A stretch of DNA of 27,182 nucleotides, taken from a virus. Its lineage: Duplodnaviria > Caudoviricetes. The stretch's first letter is position 1, and each line of letters begins with the position of its first letter. A program made the translations under genes and the position numbers. Shown here piece after piece: positions 18,494 to 24,757 of this stretch. The notes below the pieces were generated by a model. That model saw only the letters and a program-made list of their open reading frames with translations. It made no database searches and was not told where the DNA came from. The stretch is taken from positions 1-27,182 of the IMG/VR virus record IMGVR_UViG_3300020400_000030; one strand, written 5' to 3'.

Positions 18494-19470
18494 TAATCTT
18501 CCTTGTACTTATGGCCTATTCTTTCTTTACCGTTCAAGCCGTTAGATACGCTTTCTACGATAATGTCTTCTACTTTATCATTCATAGCCATGATACCATC
18601 GTTAACTCTATCTGAATATTCATCGTGTGTCACTCTAATTGGGGAATAAACTCTAGCACCTTCACCCATATCAAGTATATCAAAGTTTTCATCGTCGGGA
18701 TAAGACACATTTATAGGATATGTTGATCCTATTACGACTGTACATTTCTTATCTAATGCGTGAACCATGTGTTGTCCTGAACTATCACAACCTAAGAAGT
18801 AATCTGCACTTGCAATAATACCACACCAATGCCTTAAACTTGCTCCCATTGGACTTGCAACAGGATCTTTAATGCCATGCTTTGAAAAATCAATGCCAAA
18901 CTCTGCCATATGTATTACGCCAAACTTTTTAGATAACTTTTTAACAAGAGCAACGGCATTTTCAGCCTCAAAACTTCTACCACTATAATCAGATATCATA
19001 CTATTTTCATGATGTACTGTTCTACCAAATGGTTGAAACACTAATACCTTATCTTTTTTTGTTTTTTCCTTGACTTCATCAACTAATTTTTTGCCAAACA
19101 TCATTTCTTCTCTGCTTAATCTGATTCTTGGTCTTGGTAATTCTCTTAATCCTTTGTTGTTGATTGCAATATCATATGCCTGTGCAATACTACACTTTTG
19201 ATTGTAGTATTCAAACACTCTATAAGGTTCTGGTGTAAGTAAGTTTCTATCTTTTAGCTTATCCTCAAATAAGCCTTTGTGCCAATGATCATATGCACGT
19301 TTGAAAAGTGTTGGATGTCCTTTGTAAAAGTCTGTGCCGCCTTCACATACTATAACAAAATCATCATCAGGATTCTCTTTTTCAAATAATTCTAATGCAG
19401 GAATTGATGCAATAAGTCTACCGGCGCCGCCATTAACAAATATGGCTGAGTTTCTTTTATCTTTTGACAT
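18493..19470 (-). CDS. GT9-like (heptosyltransferase-type, GT-B) glycosyltransferase
   Basis: IASADYFLGCDSSGQHMVHALDKKCTVVIG resembles the GT9 motif DSGxxHxAxA...VxxxG. N-terminal GGAGRLIASIPAL resembles GDxxxxxPAL. Also LVFQPFG. Confidence 0.65.
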   Translation of the reverse strand: MSKDKRNSAIFVNGGAGRLIASIPALELFEKENPDDDFVIVCEGGTDFYKGHPTLFKRAYDHWHKGLFEDKLKDRNLLTPEPYRVFEYYNQKCSIAQAYDIAINNKGLRELPRPRIRLSREEMMFGKKLVDEVKEKTKKDKVLVFQPFGRTVHHENSMISDYSGRSFEAENAVALVKKLSKKFGVIHMAEFGIDFSKHGIKDPVASPMGASLRHWCGIIASADYFLGCDSSGQHMVHALDKKCTVVIGSTYPINVSYPDDENFDILDMGEGARVYSPIRVTHDEYSDRVNDGIMAMNDKVEDIIVESVSNGLNGKERIGHKYKED

Positions 19471-19519
19471 TTATTATCCTTTAATTTGCGTAATTCGTGT
19501 GCATACTGCACTACACAAT

Positions 19520-19525
19520 TATTTA
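19520..19525 (-). promoter_or_regulatory. Late promoter-like box TAAATA upstream of the enzyme cassette
   Basis: Lies in the 67-bp intergenic gap before the GT9-like gene. Confidence 0.5.
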
Positions 19526-19537
19526 AAGAATAATGTA

Positions 19538-20968
19538 TTAGGAAGTTTGTTTTCTGGCAGTAATAGTACCAATGACTCTGCTGTTTCCTTTAGCATCTGT
19601 AGGTGCTTTAGGTAGCCCATCATCAATACCATCGTCAAATGATGTGTCATTTGTGCTTAAATTTAAGCGACTTAAATCATCTGCAGAATAATTACCACCC
19701 ATTTCCGGTGGAATAAAGTGACAAGTTGCTGGGTGATATGTGTGTTCCATTAACCAACCATCTGATGGATCGTCTCTGTTTGCTATTTTTGTACCATCTG
19801 GCACATTGTCACCAAGTGTTGAGTCAGCACTCATACCGTCTACAACTGCACCATAACGTCCAGTTGCTCCAGGGAATTGATCATTTTCACCCCAAATACC
19901 TGGTTGTAATGCTTTTGGTGATTGTGGAATTCTTACTTTCCAAGGATCAATACGCACAGCTTTTTCTAAAGTAAATTTTGCTCCGCTACCTGATCCTGAA
20001 TAATTTGTTGCTGGTTCGTCAATAGTTTTTGCTTCTTTAATATGACGAGCATTAAAGGCGTTACGTGTTCTAACACCTGTGATAGCACCGTCACCGTCGA
20101 CGCTTGTAATAATAATTGTAATATCTAAGTTGTCTGATTCATTTGGATTCATTGGACTTGTTGTATCTAATGATCCATCTTCAAAATCAAACCCTGGTCT
20201 TTTACCCATCGGTGCACATAAATCATCAAGTGTACCTATTTGTGCATCTGAAAAACCTAATGCCGTTGCTGGTACTGTTATTTTTTCATCTTTGCTGTAA
20301 CCTGTGCCTGCCGCTTTGATTGTAACTTTCCATGCCGCACCATATGTTTCTGGTAAATCTCTTAATTCTTTTCTAAAATCTGTCCACTTTTTAGCAAGTT
20401 CTGTAGGCATATCATCTGCTACGTGTGAGTCTGACCATGAAAGTTGTGACCAACGTGTTTTCTTAATGTCATCATAATTTACGTGTGGCTTTAAGAAAGG
20501 ATATGGTGTGTTCCATTCTTTTTTCACTGGATCATAAGTAATTTCATCTCTGTCATATGTATGATCTGGTGTAGGAACTTTTGGTTCAATGTGTTTGAAA
20601 TAGTTACCTTTGATATCTTTTTGTGGTAATGTTTCAGTTACGTTTTCTCTTCCTTCTAAGAATAGTGTGTCTTGGTGTACTTCCATAAGTTCACATAACA
20701 ATGGATTCTCTTTACAGTCAACTAATACCATGTACTCACTTGCTGATGGCACAAAATCGTCTTCAATTTCATAAGAATATCTTATTTCACCTGAACGTTT
20801 GTTGTCTGCTTTTCTCATAAACACCCACATTTTTTCTGGGCCTTTATAAGTCCATGTACCTACTTTACCTTCTTTGGTAGTTTGATACAAGTATGCATCA
20901 GGCATATCATAAGAAAATTGAACTTCAATTTCGTTTTTTCTGTTTACTGCGTCTAATCCGTGTCCCAT
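19538..20968 (-). CDS. Tail fibre assembly chaperone-like protein (long paralog)
   Basis: SD-x5-D...WTDFRKELRDLP matches the WxxYRQxLRDLP chaperone motif. Its N-terminal half aligns with the 231-aa ORF at 22575-23270. Confidence 0.6.
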   Translation of the reverse strand: MGHGLDAVNRKNEIEVQFSYDMPDAYLYQTTKEGKVGTWTYKGPEKMWVFMRKADNKRSGEIRYSYEIEDDFVPSASEYMVLVDCKENPLLCELMEVHQDTLFLEGRENVTETLPQKDIKGNYFKHIEPKVPTPDHTYDRDEITYDPVKKEWNTPYPFLKPHVNYDDIKKTRWSQLSWSDSHVADDMPTELAKKWTDFRKELRDLPETYGAAWKVTIKAAGTGYSKDEKITVPATALGFSDAQIGTLDDLCAPMGKRPGFDFEDGSLDTTSPMNPNESDNLDITIIITSVDGDGAITGVRTRNAFNARHIKEAKTIDEPATNYSGSGSGAKFTLEKAVRIDPWKVRIPQSPKALQPGIWGENDQFPGATGRYGAVVDGMSADSTLGDNVPDGTKIANRDDPSDGWLMEHTYHPATCHFIPPEMGGNYSADDLSRLNLSTNDTSFDDGIDDGLPKAPTDAKGNSRVIGTITARKQTS

Positions 20969-20977
20969 ATCTATATC

Positions 20978-21778
20978 CTAGTAGTATACCACATATACAG
21001 CACCTTCGGCACCTGGTGATCCACAACAACATCCACCTCCATAAGCAGATCCGTGTACTCCACCTCCACCTGGCCATGATCCAAATTGATCACCTCCACG
21101 TGTACAACAACCGTTTGGTCCTATTCTTGGTCCTGATTGTGCCATTGGCGCAACCGGTGTAAATTGTAATCCTCTATCTCCACAATGCTGTGATCTTTGT
21201 GAGGATCCTGTGTAACTTGCTATTCCAAAGTCAACGTTGTTTGGTTGAATTTGACAGTTGTAACAACTCATACAACAACCGTAACAACCAAAGTATCCAT
21301 GACAGTGAGTACAGTTACTACAATACCCACCACAAGCAACTGCACAGAAACATGAGCCACCTGTTGGTGTTCCCATTACAAAACTATTGTGTCCTGCATA
21401 GTTGTTACCTGCGTATAAACAACATCCTGATCTACCTGCACAAATAGTAAACTGGTCACCACTTGTTACGTTTGTAGATTTAATTGCGTATCCACCTGAG
21501 TCAGCTGGCATACCTTGCATACAGCAACAGCCACCTGTTCCTGAAGCACCACCGCCCCACATTTCAAATACAACAAAAGTTGCTCCGTTTGGAACTGTAA
21601 ATAAACAACATTTACCTCCGTTATTATTGCAACAGAATCTTGATGCTGGTGGAACGCCTCTTGCCTGAGCCGGCCACGCTTCGTTATGGTCTCTGTTCCA
21701 AGCATAACTTACTGTAAATGCCTGAGGAGCCTTAACACCTGTATCATAACCTGGTACAAAAGATCTTAAACTTGACAT
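20978..21778 (-). CDS. Cys/Gly-rich fibre-tip-like protein (paralog 3)
   Basis: CCLFTVP...FEMWGGG...GGCCCM...WPGGGG...GAVYVVYY. 27 Cys in 266 aa by manual count. GGAGGAG RBS. Confidence 0.7.
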   Translation of the reverse strand: MSSLRSFVPGYDTGVKAPQAFTVSYAWNRDHNEAWPAQARGVPPASRFCCNNNGGKCCLFTVPNGATFVVFEMWGGGASGTGGCCCMQGMPADSGGYAIKSTNVTSGDQFTICAGRSGCCLYAGNNYAGHNSFVMGTPTGGSCFCAVACGGYCSNCTHCHGYFGCYGCCMSCYNCQIQPNNVDFGIASYTGSSQRSQHCGDRGLQFTPVAPMAQSGPRIGPNGCCTRGGDQFGSWPGGGGVHGSAYGGGCCCGSPGAEGAVYVVYY

Positions 21779-21790
21779 CTATACTCCTCC

Positions 21791-22561
21791 TTAACCTATA
21801 TCGGATTGATAGTAAACTACTACTAATCCGCCTGCACCTGGACCACCGCAGTAACAAGTACCGTTGTGTGTGTGAAGTGTACCACCACCTCCACCTGGGA
21901 AGTCAGCTGGTCCATCTGCTTCACGTCCATGCGTTTTATAACAATTATCTCTAGTCATTCTAGCACCTTGACCACCGTATGGTGCTGACGTCATATTCTC
22001 CCATGATGAACTTGAACACATTGATGTTCCTGCTCCACCACCGTTGAAACCACAAATACTAAAATCTGCTCCTTTTACACAACCACATACATAGTTAGGA
22101 CATCCACAATGTCCGCCCCATGCAGTTCCAAATCCGCAAGTAGCACAACCGTATCCACCACCTGATGAACATAAACAGAAGTAAGTTCCGTCACAACATC
22201 CATTTGATGAACAAGCATAACTACCGCAACCTGGACAGCCCATTACTGGACGACAGCAACCTCTTGCTCCCGCACATAAAGTAAAGCCTGCGCCTGGTGT
22301 AATTTCTGCAATTTTTCTTCCATAGGAACCTGATCCGCCTGGGAAGCCTGCCATACAACAACAACCTCCACCGCCGTCTCCGCCTGCACCCCATGTTTCA
22401 AATGCCGCCCATTTAACATCTGAGCTGGCAGTCCATAAACAACAACATCCTGGGTTACTGTTACGTGTAGTATCCATGCTTGTATGATATACATAGATAG
22501 AACGCAAGTTCAAAGCAGTTTCACCGCCTCCTAATTGTAACAAAGTTCTTAATGCAGACAT
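21791..22561 (-). CDS. Cys/Gly-rich fibre-tip-like protein (paralog 2)
   Basis: CCCLWT...FETWGAGG...GGCCCM...FPGGGGG...GLVVVYY. 27 Cys in 256 aa by manual count. Confidence 0.7.
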   Translation of the reverse strand: MSALRTLLQLGGGETALNLRSIYVYHTSMDTTRNSNPGCCCLWTASSDVKWAAFETWGAGGDGGGGCCCMAGFPGGSGSYGRKIAEITPGAGFTLCAGARGCCRPVMGCPGCGSYACSSNGCCDGTYFCLCSSGGGYGCATCGFGTAWGGHCGCPNYVCGCVKGADFSICGFNGGGAGTSMCSSSSWENMTSAPYGGQGARMTRDNCYKTHGREADGPADFPGGGGGTLHTHNGTCYCGGPGAGGLVVVYYQSDIG

Positions 22562-22574
22562 CTATATCTCCCTA

Positions 22575-23270
22575 TTAACCTATTCCTACCCCGTCATCTG
22601 CAGGTGGTTCAGCGTATCCACCAGTCACTGGTTCTTCTGGAAACTTAACCATGTGTGCTGGAAATTCGTCTGCTTCACCTTTTTTATAAGTGACAGGTAA
22701 ATCTCTTAATTTTTGTCTAAACTCAATCCATGGATTCTTGATCGCATCCGGTGAATCACTTGCTACTTTTGAATCAGTAGTATCTAATCTATCATTTCTT
22801 AACTGTGTGATAGTTTCCCAAGTCATCCAAGGTTGTTTCCAAGTCAAAGTCCAATTTCCTGATGCTTCATCATGAGTTGATAATGTTCTCTCATATGCGT
22901 GATCTGGATATGGTGGCCAAGGATAAGAATACTTACCATAACCTGTTGGTAATTCTACGTCTTGATCTGTTTGAGTTAGTGTTATTGTGTGTGGTAAAAA
23001 TATTGCACACATTAAGGTATCAGCACCTTCACAATCCAAAATTACAACACGTTCCCCGTCCGGTGCTGTATCTGTACTTGGATTGTAATGAAAATCTTCA
23101 TCTGGTGGTGTTTGTGCTTCTGTATTTCTACCAGTAGCTTCGTCTACGAACACATACAGTTTATCTGGACCTGTATACGTTGCAGTAGCAGTATCTCCCT
23201 TTGAATTTGTTTGAGACAAATAATCATCGGGGATATCATATGTAAATTGCTTTGTTATTTCTGTAGCCAT
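22575..23270 (-). CDS. Tail fibre assembly chaperone-like protein (short paralog)
   Basis: LRNDRLDTTD...WIEFRQKLRDLP...FPEEP motif set. Confidence 0.65.
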   Translation of the reverse strand: MATEITKQFTYDIPDDYLSQTNSKGDTATATYTGPDKLYVFVDEATGRNTEAQTPPDEDFHYNPSTDTAPDGERVVILDCEGADTLMCAIFLPHTITLTQTDQDVELPTGYGKYSYPWPPYPDHAYERTLSTHDEASGNWTLTWKQPWMTWETITQLRNDRLDTTDSKVASDSPDAIKNPWIEFRQKLRDLPVTYKKGEADEFPAHMVKFPEEPVTGGYAEPPADDGVGIG

Positions 23271-23288
23271 TTTATGTCTCTTCCTTTG

Positions 23289-23294
23289 TATTTA
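23289..23294 (-). promoter_or_regulatory. Late promoter-like box TAAATA
   Basis: Intergenic, upstream of an AAGGAAG RBS-like stretch and the ATG at 23270. Confidence 0.55.
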
Positions 23295-23300
23295 GTTTCC

Positions 23301-24041
23301 TTAAGAGTATGATACTTTTACCATTCCACCTGAGCCCCAGTGTCCCCAACAGCATCCGCCTCCACAGCCTGTACCGTTGTATCCACCGTCTCCTGGATAT
23401 GGTTGAGCACAACCCCATCCACAACCTGAACACGTCATTGGCTTACCGCAGTAATCCTTGCCGTGTCTTGTCATTCCACCTTTCGGTGGTCCACTTACAT
23501 AATCCCACATTTGGTTGTGACAATAGTGAGTATGAAAAGTAGAATTTCGTGAGTGTCCTAATCTGAAGTCACCTTGTGTTCCGCCTGAAATACAAGAACA
23601 TCCGTAACAACAGTTATAGGCATAGTGAGCATGACAGTTTGTTCTTCCTGTACATCCTCCCCTTGCACACGTTGTTGCGATACTTGATCCTGTCACGTAT
23701 GACGTTGAACCATCGTATCCCAAACAATCTCTTTCGCAACAGTTTCCGTTACCTGCCGCACAAATTGTATATTGGCAACCTGCCTGTGTGTTCACACTTC
23801 TAATTGCATAAGAACCGCCTCCTGCATTTTGTGAACTCCACATACAGCAACAGCCGCCGGCTCCTGCCGCGCCTGCTCCCCATAATTCAAAAGTTACATT
23901 CTTGATGTCTGTTGGCACAGTCCATAGACAACAGCACCCACCATTGTTAATACCTCTATTGTTATTGTAAACATAGAAATATCTAGTAGGTATAGAAGCG
24001 CCTTCTACTGTGTCGGCCATCAATGTTCTTAATCTTGCCAT
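23301..24041 (-). CDS. Cys/Gly-rich fibre-tip-like protein (paralog 1)
   Basis: GGCCCLWTVP...FELWGAG...GGCCCM...YPGDGG...GMVKVSY. 26 Cys in 246 aa by manual count. Confidence 0.7.
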   Translation of the reverse strand: MARLRTLMADTVEGASIPTRYFYVYNNNRGINNGGCCCLWTVPTDIKNVTFELWGAGAAGAGGCCCMWSSQNAGGGSYAIRSVNTQAGCQYTICAAGNGNCCERDCLGYDGSTSYVTGSSIATTCARGGCTGRTNCHAHYAYNCCYGCSCISGGTQGDFRLGHSRNSTFHTHYCHNQMWDYVSGPPKGGMTRHGKDYCGKPMTCSGCGWGCAQPYPGDGGYNGTGCGGGCCWGHWGSGGMVKVSYS

Positions 24042-24062
24042 GTAACCTTCTCCTCTATAATA

Positions 24063-24395
24063 TTACGTACCTGAAATTATCCAACCGTAAGTTGGTCCAG
24101 TGTATATAAAAGTAACAGCGATGTTATTAATATCTAATACCAAATCCTCACTTAAATTCTGAATTTTTGCTCCGTTCCTTGCAATAGTAACATTATTTGT
24201 ATTAAAGTTACCAGTTACATCAACGACTTGAATAACATCGTTTACTAACAAACTTGTTGAAAGTGGGAAAGTCACCGTAAATGCTCCCCCCGATGAATTA
24301 GCAAGAATTCTATCATTAACTGTGGCGGTGAAGGTAGTTGATACATTTCTTATAACACTACTTGCAGTTCCAGTTGTTGATATATATCTTCCCAT
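24063..24395 (-). CDS. Small tail fibre module protein (T4 gp34 N-terminal repeat-like)
   Basis: ANSSGGAFTVTFP...D-x2-GNF-x-TNNVTI-x-RNG-x-KI...YGW, a module typical of T4-like long tail fibre proximal subunits. Confidence 0.6.
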   Translation of the reverse strand: MGRYISTTGTASSVIRNVSTTFTATVNDRILANSSGGAFTVTFPLSTSLLVNDVIQVVDVTGNFNTNNVTIARNGAKIQNLSEDLVLDINNIAVTFIYTGPTYGWIISGT

Positions 24396-24412
24396 TTTAT
24401 CTTCCTTTTATG

Positions 24413-24419
24413 TATTTAT
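24413..24419 (-). promoter_or_regulatory. T4-type late promoter-like box ATAAATA
   Basis: Intergenic, 18 bp upstream of the ATG at 24395. Confidence 0.65.
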
Positions 24420-24422
24420 CTT

Positions 24423-24743
24423 TTAGCCCGTAGAGGTCTCAATACCTAACGCAACGGCGCTTACATTTTCGGCGGATGAATAAACTACCAGAATTTGCCC
24501 TGCCGCCATTGCAATTCCTGATCTTTCTAATACCCCTTTGGGTAAAAGTTCTACATCGTACTCGATGTATTCGCTATTTTGCGGTGTTCCCGCACTTGCG
24601 ACCGCAACTCTTATTGACACAGCACTATTCCCTCTATTGCAGACAGATAGCGTCACGATCCCGAAGGTGTTAGCTGGTACTGTGTACAGAGAAGTATTAG
24701 TAGCCGCTGTCAAGTCTGCGTGTCCTAGTCTTCCTGTGGCCAT
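24423..24743 (-). CDS. Small conserved phage structural protein
   Basis: 106-aa ORF in the operon with an AAGGAG RBS. LYTVP...LSVCNR...IRVA beta-sandwich-like pattern. Confidence 0.6.
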   Translation of the reverse strand: MATGRLGHADLTAATNTSLYTVPANTFGIVTLSVCNRGNSAVSIRVAVASAGTPQNSEYIEYDVELLPKGVLERSGIAMAAGQILVVYSSAENVSAVALGIETSTG

Positions 24744-24757
24744 TTAGTTTCTCCTTT

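Noticed and set aside
20978-24041. RiPP precursors, selenoproteins or recoded stop codons in the Cys-rich genes
   Set aside because: The proteins are ~250 aa with a fibre-like scaffold and no leader-core layout. They have no in-frame TGA, and TAA, TAG and TGA all act as normal stops in this window.
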